This document shows, piece after piece, positions 46,760 to 56,972 of a stretch of DNA of 64,000 nucleotides. The notes under the pieces were generated by a model. It ran no database searches. It saw only the letters and a program-made list of their open reading frames with translations, and had not been told where the DNA came from. The first letter of the stretch is position 1; each line of letters opens with the position of its first letter. A program made the position numbers and the translations under genes. Origin of the DNA: Negativicutes bacterium (GTDB lineage Bacteria; Bacillota; Negativicutes; UBA1444); NCBI GenBank assembly GCA_963665275.2, contig CAXXIN010000008.1, forward strand, positions 1-64,000, written 5' to 3'.

Positions 46760-47869
46760 TCACAGCCACTTCTTAATCCGAAAGAATCGTACCATCCCGA
46801 TCGTAATAGCAATCATCACTCCCCACAGTGCAAAATAACCATATTCCCATCGAAGTTCCGGCATATTCTTAAAATTCATTCCATACACACCTGCAATAAA
46901 CGTAAGCGGGATGAACACGGTCGAAATGATAGTCAATACTTTCATGACCTCATTTAATCGGTAACTGATGCTGGAAAGATAAATGTCCAGCATTCCAGAG
47001 ATAAGATCCCGATAGGTCTCCACGGTATCGATGACCTGAATGATATGGTCGTATGCATCTCTCAGATATGGACCGGTTTCCGGCGAACGCAAGTTGGAAT
47101 CGCAGCGTTCAAAGGTACCGATGATCTCGCGTACTGGCCACACAGCCTTATGCAGATAAATCATCTGCCTTTTGAACGAGTGAATCTGTCTCAGCAAAGG
47201 AGGCCCCGGTTGTAAAACCAGTTCCTCATCCAAAAATTCAATCGCTTCGCCGAGGTCCTCCAGCACCACGAAAAATTGGTCTACGATCACATCCAGGAGG
47301 GCATATGCGAGATAGTCCGTCCCCTGCCCCCGCAGTCTGCCTTTTCCTGCCAAAAGTCTTTCCCGCAGCGGAGTGAACAACTGCCGTTCACTCTCCGTAA
47401 ATGACAGGAGCCAATCCTTCCCGAGCAGCAAGCTCACCTGTTCAAACGCTATTTCATATTTATGATCCGTTTTCAAGTGATTATGGTTATTAGGATGGGC
47501 GCTCGTAGTGTCGGAGTTCTTTTGCAAAAAAGGAACCCTCATAACTAAAAACAGATAGTCGTCAGACTCCTCGAATTTAGGACGCTGCGTGGTATTCAAG
47601 ATATCTTCGAGCACCAGCGGATGAATGGAAAATTGCTGTCCAATCTTTTCTATCGCATTTACGTCATGGATCCCGCAAACTTCAATCCAGGTGATCTTCC
47701 GCGAAGGCTGAAATGGCAAAAGATCTTCCCATTTCTCCAATTCGCGGCTTTCGGCGCTGCCGGCCTCGAAATCGGTTCGTCTTACTTGGGTCTTATCTGT
47801 ATAGACAGTTCCGACGTGAGTCAAGGTTCCCGGTGGGAACCCTTTTTTTCCGGCATAAGAAGACGTCAT
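46760..47869 (-). CDS. corA: Magnesium/cobalt transporter CorA
   Basis: HPLVLEDI..QRPK, YGMNF and MPEL motifs, two C-terminal TM segments. Confidence 0.95.
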   Translation of the reverse strand: MTSSYAGKKGFPPGTLTHVGTVYTDKTQVRRTDFEAGSAESRELEKWEDLLPFQPSRKITWIEVCGIHDVNAIEKIGQQFSIHPLVLEDILNTTQRPKFEESDDYLFLVMRVPFLQKNSDTTSAHPNNHNHLKTDHKYEIAFEQVSLLLGKDWLLSFTESERQLFTPLRERLLAGKGRLRGQGTDYLAYALLDVIVDQFFVVLEDLGEAIEFLDEELVLQPGPPLLRQIHSFKRQMIYLHKAVWPVREIIGTFERCDSNLRSPETGPYLRDAYDHIIQVIDTVETYRDLISGMLDIYLSSISYRLNEVMKVLTIISTVFIPLTFIAGVYGMNFKNMPELRWEYGYFALWGVMIAITIGMVRFFRIKKWL

Positions 47870-48089
47870 TCGTTTCAGGAGCCTCACCTCATCCATCAGC
47901 AATAAGCCATTATTGATATTCTCAGAGTGTTTGACGCGGATGCAGCAAAGTCCTGCTCGCCTCGCATTTGATGATGTTGCAGGAACTCTCTTGAACATGT
48001 GGAATAATAAATCGATATGTATTAAACTGTGTGTAGGACCTACGCAAAAATCAAGTTCGACCTAAAAAAATGAAAAGAAGGGACTTTTC

Positions 48090-49361
48090 GTGGATATTAT
48101 CAAAACGCTTTTAAAAGATGTTCCTTTCCCCAGGATGATCAAAATCAGTCAACAATTTCAGTCGGAGGAACTGGCGGATGTGCCGTCCGTTCTACGGGCC
48201 GAACTGTCCGCCTCGGGGCAACTCGACCGTATCAAACCCGGAATGCGGATTGCCATCGCTGTAGGTAGCCGAGGCGTGGCCCAAATTCCAGCGCTAGTGC
48301 GTACTACCGTTGAAGAAGTCAAAAAAAGAGGCGGTGTACCGTTCGTCTTCCCGGCTATGGGCAGTCACGGCGGTGCTACGGCCGAAGGGCAGGCAGATGT
48401 CCTGGCGCATTTGGGTATCACCGAACAAAGCATCGGATGTCCGATTGTTTCTTCCATGGAAGTGGTGGAAATTTCCCGCCTTCCGAATGGATTACCTGTC
48501 TACGTAGACAAAAATGCCTATAATTCGGATGGAATTGTGCTGATTAACCGGATTAAGCCTCATACGGCTTTTCGCGGTCCGAACGAAAGTGGCTTGGTCA
48601 AAATGATCGCGATCGGCCTCGGTAAGCAAAAAGGGGCCGAGACTTGTCATTCCTATGGTTTCAAGCACATGGCCGCGCACGTGCCCGCCATGGCCCGTCA
48701 AGCGATCGCTAAAGCTCCGATTCTTTTCGGCATCGGCACGGTGGAGAATGCGTATGACCATGTTGCCAAAATTGTCGTCGTTGGTGCAGACAATCTGATT
48801 GAAGCGGACAAGAAACTGCTCGTGGAAGCGAAGGCGGCCATGCCCAGTATCGGCTTTTCGCCCATCGACGTCCTGGTCATTGACGAGATCGGCAAGGATA
48901 TTTCCGGCGACGGAATGGACCCCAACATCACCGGACGTTATCCCACCCCCTACCCAACCGGTGGTCCCGAGGTCACCAAAATGGTGGTGCTCGATCTGAC
49001 TGAAAAAACCAATGGCAATGCCAACGGTGTCGGCAGCGCTGATTTCACGACCCGCCGACTGGTCAACAAAGCCGACTATAAGGCCATGTACGCCAATGGC
49101 ATTACCTCTACCGTGGTCGGGCCCACGGCGATTCCGATGACGCTAGACAACGACAGCGAAGCAATTCGAGCCGCTGTTAAGACCTCCAATGCTTTGGACT
49201 TCAGCAAGGTTCGCCTGGTCAGAATCAAAAACACGCTGCACCTGGGCGAGTTCATGATCTCGGAATCCCTGCTTGACGAGGCGCGCGCGATGCCGAATGT
49301 CACCATCTTGTCTGATCCTTTTGAGATGAAGTTCGACGCAGAGGGAAATTTTATTGACTAA
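48090..49361 (+). CDS. Lactate-racemase-domain (LarA-like, DUF362/DUF2088-type) protein
   Basis: AVGSRG, PAMGSHGGATAEGQ, NRIKPHT, KMIAIGLGKQ, GKDISGDGMD and RIKNTL motifs. Confidence 0.8.
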   Translation: MDIIKTLLKDVPFPRMIKISQQFQSEELADVPSVLRAELSASGQLDRIKPGMRIAIAVGSRGVAQIPALVRTTVEEVKKRGGVPFVFPAMGSHGGATAEGQADVLAHLGITEQSIGCPIVSSMEVVEISRLPNGLPVYVDKNAYNSDGIVLINRIKPHTAFRGPNESGLVKMIAIGLGKQKGAETCHSYGFKHMAAHVPAMARQAIAKAPILFGIGTVENAYDHVAKIVVVGADNLIEADKKLLVEAKAAMPSIGFSPIDVLVIDEIGKDISGDGMDPNITGRYPTPYPTGGPEVTKMVVLDLTEKTNGNANGVGSADFTTRRLVNKADYKAMYANGITSTVVGPTAIPMTLDNDSEAIRAAVKTSNALDFSKVRLVRIKNTLHLGEFMISESLLDEARAMPNVTILSDPFEMKFDAEGNFID

Positions 49362-49381
49362 ATTCCCATAGGAGAAATTTT

Positions 49382-50242
49382 ATGCGAACCCTGTCCTCCG
49401 ATAGTACCAACGCCCGGCGAGAGCACAGCCGGGCCATTCTTTTTCTACTTCTGGCTGCTCTGTTATGGAGCACAGGCGGGTTTTTCATCAAATGGGTCGA
49501 TTGGAACCCCATGGCGATTTCCGGGGCGCGCAGCGCCATCTCGGCAGTCGTATTCGCCGTGGCGTTCCGACATAACCTGAAAATCACCTGGTCACCGATC
49601 CAACTGATTGGCGCACTGGCCTATGCTCTTACAGTAACCTTGTTTGTTGTCGCCAATAAAATGACAACGGCCGCCAACGCCATCTTGCTCCAGTATACAG
49701 CTCCAGTTCACGTAGCCTTGCTATCAGCCTGGTTGTTGAACGAACACCCTACCCGCCGGGATTGGCTCACGATCTTTGCCGTTCTGTCCGGCATGATTCT
49801 CTTTTTCTTTCAGCAAATGAGCCCCGGAAACCTGATCGGTAATTTGTGCGCCCTTTTCACGGGTTTCACCTTTGCCCTGTTCATCGTCCTGCTACGCAAA
49901 CAGAGGGACGGCTCGCCTGCAGCCACGGTTTTTCTCGGTAATGTCTTTACTGCGTTGGCCGGTTTACCGTTTATGTTTGATTCCCTTCCGAGCGCTTCCG
50001 GCTGGATCGGTCTTATTTTCCTCGGTGTATTTCAGCTCGGCCTGGCTTACGTTCTTTATACGTGGGCGATTGCACACGTTACGGCAATGGAAGCCATACT
50101 GATCACTCTGATCGAACCAATCCTTAACCCCTTCTGGGTGTTCATTCTGATGGGCGAAGTTCCTGCCTGGACATCGCTTGCGGGCGGCATCGTCATCGTT
50201 GGCGCCGTGACGGCACGCCAGTTCTCAGGTGCGCGAAAATGA
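49382..50242 (+). CDS. EamA/DMT family transporter
   Basis: About 10 TM segments; TAANAILLQYTAP and IEPILNP motifs. Confidence 0.9.
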   Translation: MRTLSSDSTNARREHSRAILFLLLAALLWSTGGFFIKWVDWNPMAISGARSAISAVVFAVAFRHNLKITWSPIQLIGALAYALTVTLFVVANKMTTAANAILLQYTAPVHVALLSAWLLNEHPTRRDWLTIFAVLSGMILFFFQQMSPGNLIGNLCALFTGFTFALFIVLLRKQRDGSPAATVFLGNVFTALAGLPFMFDSLPSASGWIGLIFLGVFQLGLAYVLYTWAIAHVTAMEAILITLIEPILNPFWVFILMGEVPAWTSLAGGIVIVGAVTARQFSGARK

Positions 50243-51414
50243 TCGATACATTTTTAACTCTCTTTAGGAACCGGCAATTTCAAAGTATCGCCTGCATTCA
50301 GGTTTTCAACGTCTTCGGCGCCAATCTGCTTGCTCCTGTATTGCCACTCTATCTTTCGCTGCAAGGCTTTTCTGCTTCGCGCATTGGAATGGTAATGGGG
50401 ATCATGGCTATTGGCGCGCTGCTTATGCGTCCCTGGGCAGGACGTTCCGTCGATGAACGGGGCAGCAGGCCAGTCATTCTGTTTGGGCAGGCGCTGTTAG
50501 CCTTTTGTTTCTCAGCGTTTCTCTGGTTTACCGGATTTTGGCCGCTGCTACTGGTACGTTTCATTCAGGGCGCTGCTATGTCTTTTTATTCCACTGCCGC
50601 CGTGACATTCGCCAGCTGTGTCGAATCCCCCCAAAATACAGCCAGCGCAATTTCCATGTATACCGTTTTTACCATGATCGGTCTCGGCAGCGCGACCAGT
50701 CTGGCGCCTTATCTATTTCACGAACTCGGTTTCATGACGCTGGTGCTGCTCAGTCTCCTGATGCTGGCGATCGCAATCTCTTTTACAATTTGGCGGGCCC
50801 GCCCCATTGCGCCGATCCGCGATGCCGAAGCGCTCCCTTTTTCACAGGTCCTTCACCTAAAGGCAGTCTGGGCGCCGACCGTGTGTCTGTTTGCCTCTAA
50901 CTTCGTATTCAGTACTCTGTTCACCTTCGTTCCTCTGTATGCTATGGCGGCATCCATAGAGGGCTATTCGGTATTTTATGTGTGCTTCGCCGTCGCCGTC
51001 ATCGCCACCCGCCTGGGAGTTCAGCGTCTGACGGAGGCGTTTCGGGCGGAAACCGTAGCCACTATAGCAAGCTTGATGAATGTCGGCAGTGCCCTGATCA
51101 TCGCCATCTACCCTTCCCCGCTCACTTTTGCCCTTTCCGGCATTCTGATCGGCTTGGGCTTTGGCGTAATTTTCCCGGCTCTTACCATTTATGTTATCCA
51201 GCGGATTCCGCCTGCCACCAAGGGGACCGGCCTTTCGATTTTGACAGCAGCCGGTGATGTCGGCAACGCGCTCGGCGCTGCAATTTTGGGCATGGTAGCC
51301 GAGTGGTTCGGCTTTCGTTGGGTTTTCATTTTTTCAGCAGTTATCGTTCTGTTCTGTGCGCGCTACTTCTATGTCACGCTACGAACAGAGCCGCCCAGTG
51401 CTTCCATCGACTAA
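50239..51414 (+). CDS. MFS transporter
   Basis: About 12 TM segments; motif A GRSVDERGSR; ATGA overlap with the EamA gene. Confidence 0.9.
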   Translation: MIDTFLTLFRNRQFQSIACIQVFNVFGANLLAPVLPLYLSLQGFSASRIGMVMGIMAIGALLMRPWAGRSVDERGSRPVILFGQALLAFCFSAFLWFTGFWPLLLVRFIQGAAMSFYSTAAVTFASCVESPQNTASAISMYTVFTMIGLGSATSLAPYLFHELGFMTLVLLSLLMLAIAISFTIWRARPIAPIRDAEALPFSQVLHLKAVWAPTVCLFASNFVFSTLFTFVPLYAMAASIEGYSVFYVCFAVAVIATRLGVQRLTEAFRAETVATIASLMNVGSALIIAIYPSPLTFALSGILIGLGFGVIFPALTIYVIQRIPPATKGTGLSILTAAGDVGNALGAAILGMVAEWFGFRWVFIFSAVIVLFCARYFYVTLRTEPPSASID

Positions 51415-51448
51415 GACCTTCCTCGAAGTTCCGTCACTACGGCATTTT

Positions 51449-51492
51449 AAAAGGAGCCTTGCCGAAACTGAAGTTTCGGCAAGGCTCCTTTT
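51449..51492. terminator. Bidirectional terminator between the MFS gene and gnd
   Basis: AAAAGGAGCCTTGCCGAAACT-GA-AGTTTCGGCAAGGCTCCTTTT. Confidence 0.85.
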
Positions 51493-51523
51493 ACCTTAAG
51501 ACTCCCTGCAATTCAGGATGCAG

Positions 51524-52939
51524 CTATTTTTTACCCCACTCCGTGTGGAAAGTGCCAGGCTTATCGACTCTTTCGTAGGTATGCGCTCCGAAATAATCAC
51601 GCTGAGCCTGAATCAAATTGGCAGGAAGCACCGCCTGCCGATAACTGTCGTAATAATCCAGGGAAGCATTGAATGCCGGCGTCGGAATGCCGAGGTCGCG
51701 GCAAGTTTTCAGCACCAACCGCCAAGGTTCCTGGACATTTGCCAATACATCCGCAAAAAACGGATCCAACATCAGGTTCGCCAGCTCCGGAGCATTGGAA
51801 AATGCATCGCGGATTTTATCGAGGAAGCGGGCCCTGATGATGCATCCACCTCGCCAGAGCAATGAAATTTCACCGAACTGCAGATTCCAGCCATATTCTT
51901 TGCTAGCGGCTTCCAGTAAGGCGAAACCCTGCGCATACGAGCAGATTTTTGAAGCATAAAGCGCATCATGTACAGCTTTAATCAGTTGTTCACGCTCACC
52001 GGTCCACCGTCCCTGCGGTCCTTTCAAAATAGCTGCCGCTTTGACGCGTTCGTCTTTGACAGCGGACATGCACCTGGCAAAAACGGCTTCGGTAATTGCA
52101 GGCGTTGGCACCCCGAGGTCCAGCGCATTTTGCGACGTCCACTTCCCGGTACCTTTTTGCCCCGCTTTGTCGAGGATTAACTCGACTAGCGGCTTACCGG
52201 TTTCGGCGTCAACAATCGCCATGATATCACGGGTAATCTCAATGAGATACGAATCCAGCGGGCCTTCGTTCCAGCGCGCGAATACTTCATGCAATTCGGC
52301 TGCCGTAAGCCCCCCCGCTTTCTGCAAAATATAATAGGCTTCCGCGATAAGCTGCATATCCGAATATTCGATTCCATTGTGAACCATCTTCACGTAATGG
52401 CCCGCTCCGTCCGAACCGACATAGGAACAGCAGGGTCCGCCGGCAACCTGTGCAGCGATCTTTGTGAACATGGGAGCAATTTCATCATAGGCCGCCCGAT
52501 CACCGCCAGGCATCAGGCTCGGTCCGTGCAAGGCCCCTTCTTCGCCGCCGGAAACGCCCATGCCGACGAAGCGGATACCTTTGGCGGCCAACGCATGAAA
52601 ACGCCGTCGAGTGTCCTGAAAAAACGAGTTGCCGCCATCAATTAGAATATCTCCTGCATCAAGAAACGGCAATACTTGTTCGATCATTTCATCGACCGGC
52701 TTACCGGCCTTAACCATCAACATCAGTCGTCGCGGGCGTTCCAGTGAGGCAGCAAGTTCCGCGAGCGAATGAGTCCCTTTGACAGCTTTCCCTGCTGCCT
52801 GTCCAGCCACAAATTCGTCCACCCTTTCAGTGGTTCGATTAAACACGGCAACCTGAAAGCCCTTGCTTACCATATTCAATACCAAGTTTTCTCCCATAAC
52901 GGCAAGCCCGATCAGTCCGATGTCACAAAGTGGTTTCAA
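51524..52939 (-). CDS. gnd: NADP-dependent 6-phosphogluconate dehydrogenase
   Basis: GLAVMG, NRT, GVSGGEEGA, KMVHNGIEY, QKGTGKW and QAQRDYFGAHTY motifs. Confidence 0.96.
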   Translation of the reverse strand: MKPLCDIGLIGLAVMGENLVLNMVSKGFQVAVFNRTTERVDEFVAGQAAGKAVKGTHSLAELAASLERPRRLMLMVKAGKPVDEMIEQVLPFLDAGDILIDGGNSFFQDTRRRFHALAAKGIRFVGMGVSGGEEGALHGPSLMPGGDRAAYDEIAPMFTKIAAQVAGGPCCSYVGSDGAGHYVKMVHNGIEYSDMQLIAEAYYILQKAGGLTAAELHEVFARWNEGPLDSYLIEITRDIMAIVDAETGKPLVELILDKAGQKGTGKWTSQNALDLGVPTPAITEAVFARCMSAVKDERVKAAAILKGPQGRWTGEREQLIKAVHDALYASKICSYAQGFALLEAASKEYGWNLQFGEISLLWRGGCIIRARFLDKIRDAFSNAPELANLMLDPFFADVLANVQEPWRLVLKTCRDLGIPTPAFNASLDYYDSYRQAVLPANLIQAQRDYFGAHTYERVDKPGTFHTEWGKK

Positions 52940-53006
52940 TGCGATCCCTCCCCTGTTATATGCGATGTTTCTGCATTTAAACGATACTACCGAATGCTGG
53001 GAAATG

Positions 53007-54410
53007 TCAATCAAGACAGAAGATTTTCCCTGGATTCATGATATCGTTTGGGTCCAGCGCTTTTTTAATCGCCCGCATCATTTTCAATTCCACAGGATTA
53101 CAATATTTTTTCATCAACGCCAGTCGTTTGTATCCGATACCGTGTTCGCCGGATAATTTACCGCCGACAGAGTAGATGAAGGCATAGAGCTCATCTTGAA
53201 TCAGCGGGAGCGTCTCGTTCCAAACTTCCAGCGGCATCCCTTCTTTCAGGATATCGGCATGTACATTTCCATCTGCCGCATGGGCAGCGACATGGATAGA
53301 CACCTCATATTTCTTGCCCAGTTCAGAAAGTTTCGCCACCACATCCGGAATGCGGGACATAGGCACCACCGTGTCTTCTGCGGAAAAAATCAGGCTGCGC
53401 GACCGGTTGGCTTCCCCAAAAGATTTTCGGGCCTTCCAGATTTTTGCTGAATCGGCGACCAAAACTTCCAACGCACCATTGGCGGTGCAGAGCTCATCAA
53501 CTAGAATACACTGATCATCCAACACGTCTTCATTAGCCCCATCTATTGAAATGATAATATAATAACCCTGGTCGCTGTGGGGAAGTTTTTCGTGCAGGAA
53601 TTCTTCGCAGCAGCGAATTCCTTTGTTGTCCATGAATTCGACGCATACTGGGCTGATCGGCGACTGCATGACTTTGGCAACAATGTTGATCGCCGATTCA
53701 GGGTTCGGAAAAACTGCCAATAAGTCGATGACGTGCGGCAGGCGAGGAACCATCTTGAGATATACTTTTGTCACAACCCCCAAGGTGCCTTCCGATCCGA
53801 CCATCAGTTGGATTAGACCATATCCCGTCGAGTCCTTCTTCAATTTCCCCCCCAACGTGACGATCTCACCCTCGGGGGTTACGATTTCCAGACCCATCAC
53901 CTGTTGTCGGGTGGTTCCGTATTTCACAGCTTTCAGCCCACCGGCATTCGTGGCCACGTTGCCGCCGATGAAGGAACTATCGGAGCTGCTGGGTTCACCA
54001 GCGTAGAGAAATCCTTTTTGCGTTGCGATCTTCTGTACATCAACCGTACGAACTCCCGGCTCCACCACGAGCACCATGTTTTGTTCATCGATTTCGATCA
54101 CCCGGTTCATCCGTTCGGTTGAAAGCACGACCCCGCCTTCATAGGCGATGGCGGCGCATGCGTATCCTGTTCCCGCACCCCTTGGCACTATGGGAAACAG
54201 GCGGCGGTTCGCCAGTTTCAGAATTTCGGCGACTTGACTGGCGCTTTCGGGCAGAACAACAGCTTCCGGGTAATGGATATATTTTTCACCTGTCACTTCG
54301 TCGTGCGAATAAGGCTCCATTTTGTCGGAGTCCGTCCATACAGCTTGCGCGCCTACGATCTGTTGCAACTCGGAGATAACCGTTGCATCCACTGGATGAT
54401 ACTTGCCCAT
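53007..54410 (-). CDS. FAD-linked 2-hydroxyacid oxidoreductase (GlcD/D-lactate dehydrogenase family)
   Basis: PRGAGTG, GGNVATNAGG..KYG, GSEGTLG, DGNVH, SGEHGIG and NPGK motifs. Confidence 0.9.
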   Translation of the reverse strand: MGKYHPVDATVISELQQIVGAQAVWTDSDKMEPYSHDEVTGEKYIHYPEAVVLPESASQVAEILKLANRRLFPIVPRGAGTGYACAAIAYEGGVVLSTERMNRVIEIDEQNMVLVVEPGVRTVDVQKIATQKGFLYAGEPSSSDSSFIGGNVATNAGGLKAVKYGTTRQQVMGLEIVTPEGEIVTLGGKLKKDSTGYGLIQLMVGSEGTLGVVTKVYLKMVPRLPHVIDLLAVFPNPESAINIVAKVMQSPISPVCVEFMDNKGIRCCEEFLHEKLPHSDQGYYIIISIDGANEDVLDDQCILVDELCTANGALEVLVADSAKIWKARKSFGEANRSRSLIFSAEDTVVPMSRIPDVVAKLSELGKKYEVSIHVAAHAADGNVHADILKEGMPLEVWNETLPLIQDELYAFIYSVGGKLSGEHGIGYKRLALMKKYCNPVELKMMRAIKKALDPNDIMNPGKIFCLD

Positions 54411-54489
54411 CCATTTCACTCCTCATAGATACGGCGAAACGAATGTTGAAAATTCGTTTCGCCGCATGCATTGTCTTTAATTTTTCAAT

Positions 54490-55575
54490 TTACCGTTGAA
54501 TGCGGGCAGAGCCGCCTGCAGCCATGGCCCGCACCTGGTCGACACTGCTCATGGTAGTATCACCGGGGAAGGTGGTCAGCAACGCACCATGCGCCCACCC
54601 GAGACGCAAAGCTGCGTCCTCGGTTTCACCCGTTAACAATCCATAAAAGAGCCCGGAAGCAAAGCCATCCCCGCCGCCGACCCGATCGTAAACATCGAGC
54701 TCCGCTGTAGGCGCTGTGTAAGTCTTGCCGTTGATCCACGCCACCGCACTCCAGCTGTGACGATTGGTCGAGTGGACCTCGCGAAGCGTGGTGGCCACAA
54801 TCTTGATCTGGGGAAGTTTGGCGGTAACTTTGTCTATCATGCTGAAGAAGGCGCTAGGGTCCAGTTTCGACTTGGCCGCCACTTCAGGTCCGGGAATCCC
54901 GAGCCCCATCTGCAGGTCCTCTTCGTTACCCACCAGAACATCAACGTGCTTCAGAATGCGTCCCAACACCTCGACCGCTCGTTGGGGGCCGCCAACGATA
55001 TTCCAAAGCTTGGCCCGGTAATTTAAATCGAAGGAAACGACAGCGCCAGCGGCTTTCGCTGCCTGCATTCCTTCGATGATGAGTTCAGGCGTCGTTTCTG
55101 AAAGTGCGGCAAAAATCCCACCGCTATGGAACCAACGTACTCCGCTGGCAAAGATCGAACTCCAGTCGAAGTCACCCGGTTTGAGCAGGGCGCCAGCTTC
55201 GTTCGCGCGATTATAGAATACCACAGGCGGCCGAACGCCTTGGCCGCGATCGCTGTACACAGTAGCCATGTTGGGACCGTTGACGCCATTATGCTTGAAA
55301 TGTTTATAGAAAGGCTTCACACCCATGGCCTTGACGCGATCGGCAATCATCTCGCCGACGGGATAGTCCGCCATCGCAGTTGCTACCCCCGTTTTCAGTC
55401 CAAAACAATCGGATAGGTTGGCGGCGCAGTTATACTCGCCTCCGCTGACATGGATCTGGCATTCGGTCGCCTTACGAAAGGGGACGACCCCCGTATCCAG
55501 ACGATGAACCAGAGCGCCTACGGACAGGAAGTCCAGTGCGCCTTCGGAACGGATATTCAGACCAGTAGTACTCAT
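54490..55575 (-). CDS. PfkB-family sugar kinase (2-keto-3-deoxygluconate kinase-like)
   Basis: SGGEYN, SFDLNYR..LW, GNEED and DRVGGGDGFASG motifs. Confidence 0.88.
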   Translation of the reverse strand: MSTTGLNIRSEGALDFLSVGALVHRLDTGVVPFRKATECQIHVSGGEYNCAANLSDCFGLKTGVATAMADYPVGEMIADRVKAMGVKPFYKHFKHNGVNGPNMATVYSDRGQGVRPPVVFYNRANEAGALLKPGDFDWSSIFASGVRWFHSGGIFAALSETTPELIIEGMQAAKAAGAVVSFDLNYRAKLWNIVGGPQRAVEVLGRILKHVDVLVGNEEDLQMGLGIPGPEVAAKSKLDPSAFFSMIDKVTAKLPQIKIVATTLREVHSTNRHSWSAVAWINGKTYTAPTAELDVYDRVGGGDGFASGLFYGLLTGETEDAALRLGWAHGALLTTFPGDTTMSSVDQVRAMAAGGSARIQR

Positions 55576-55652
55576 GATTTCCCTCCTTACGATCATTTCA
55601 TTCTCATTGGCTATTGATCAACTTTGCCATATCGCAAAGTTAACGGACAATC

Positions 55653-56810
55653 TTACACAACGGCTTCGAGACGACAGCCGCCTCTAACTTCTTCCCATAT
55701 CACGGTCCGCGCCTTGGCGAAACCGTTGAAAGTGGTTGCGGAAGCCGAACTGTACGAACCAATATTCGGCACCAAAATCAAATCGTCCACATCCAGACTG
55801 ACTGTTTCCTTATCACGGAAAATCACATCGAAGGAGTCGCAGCTCGGTCCGGCAAAGGTCGCAGAAACAGTTGCTCCTTGTTTGAAATTCAGCAGCTCAA
55901 AATCCCAGTGATCAAAAATCACGCCTGAGAAGGTCCCATAGATGCCTTCATCAAGAAAATACCACTCCTGATTGTCACGGTGTTGTTTGCCTATCACCCG
56001 CGTAATCAGCTTGACTGCGGTCCCACAGATGAAACGGCCCGGCTCTGCCCATATCTCCGTATCCGGAAAATATTCGTCCACCCAGTCGCTGATTGTCAGC
56101 AGCATTTTCTGGATGTCAATTTTGGGGCTGCCTGGAGCCCGTATCGGAAATCCACCGCCAATATCAAGAATATGAAGGTTCAATCCATGAGTCGCCGCCT
56201 CGTCAAAAAGCTCCCGGCAAACCTTGAGAGCATTGAGATATGCGTGAGGCTGCGTCGACTGACTTCCCACGTGAAAAGCCAGCCCAACCGGATTCAGTCC
56301 GCTCTCGCGGGCTTTGAGCAACAACCGGATGACATCGGCGGGCTCTGCGCCGAATTTTTTGTTCAGGTCGATCAGCGCCTCCGGATTCTGCATGCGCACT
56401 CGCACCAATATTTCGGCGCCCGGAGCTACCCGACCCATCTTTTCGATTTCAGGTTCACTATCAACCATATAATTCAATATTCCCGCCAAGCGGGCCGTTC
56501 CGATAGCGTGAACCGGCTTAATGGGATTGGCGTAAACCATTTGCGTCCCTGAAATCCCCAACGCTTGAAGTTGGAGGATTTCGCCGTCCGAAGCAACATC
56601 GAAACAAGACCCCAGGTCTTTCAGAGTGCGGATAATCCGTTCGTCTGGGTTGGCTTTGACCGCATAATGAATATTCACCCGGGGTATATGTTCTTTCAGA
56701 TACCGGTAATTGTTTTTAATCTGCTCAACCGACATTACCAACAATGGCGATCCAAACTCGTCCGCCAATAATTTTACATCGGCCTGGGATAGATGAAATT
56801 CCTTTTGCAT
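55653..56810 (-). CDS. Fold-type III PLP-dependent lysine/ornithine decarboxylase
   Basis: YAVKAN, FDVAS, KFG, HVGSQ, DIGGGF, EPGR and GPSCDS motifs. Confidence 0.9.
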   Translation of the reverse strand: MQKEFHLSQADVKLLADEFGSPLLVMSVEQIKNNYRYLKEHIPRVNIHYAVKANPDERIIRTLKDLGSCFDVASDGEILQLQALGISGTQMVYANPIKPVHAIGTARLAGILNYMVDSEPEIEKMGRVAPGAEILVRVRMQNPEALIDLNKKFGAEPADVIRLLLKARESGLNPVGLAFHVGSQSTQPHAYLNALKVCRELFDEAATHGLNLHILDIGGGFPIRAPGSPKIDIQKMLLTISDWVDEYFPDTEIWAEPGRFICGTAVKLITRVIGKQHRDNQEWYFLDEGIYGTFSGVIFDHWDFELLNFKQGATVSATFAGPSCDSFDVIFRDKETVSLDVDDLILVPNIGSYSSASATTFNGFAKARTVIWEEVRGGCRLEAVV

Positions 56811-56972
56811 ATCCACTCCCCTTTTATCCTTTGATTTCGCGGGAAAAAACCCGATTTGATTGTACCATATCAGCAGAAAACTGCAAGAAAAAAAATTAAA
56901 GGGCACCTCAGCATTAGAGGCCCCCTTATACCGGGCCATTTGAATCTCCCCTCATGGTCTGTCCTGATTGTC

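Noticed and set aside
47870-48089. M-box or NiCo riboswitch upstream of corA
   Set aside because: Only a GAGCAGG fragment resembles NiCo. No terminator or conserved core was identified, and the region also has to hold divergent promoters.
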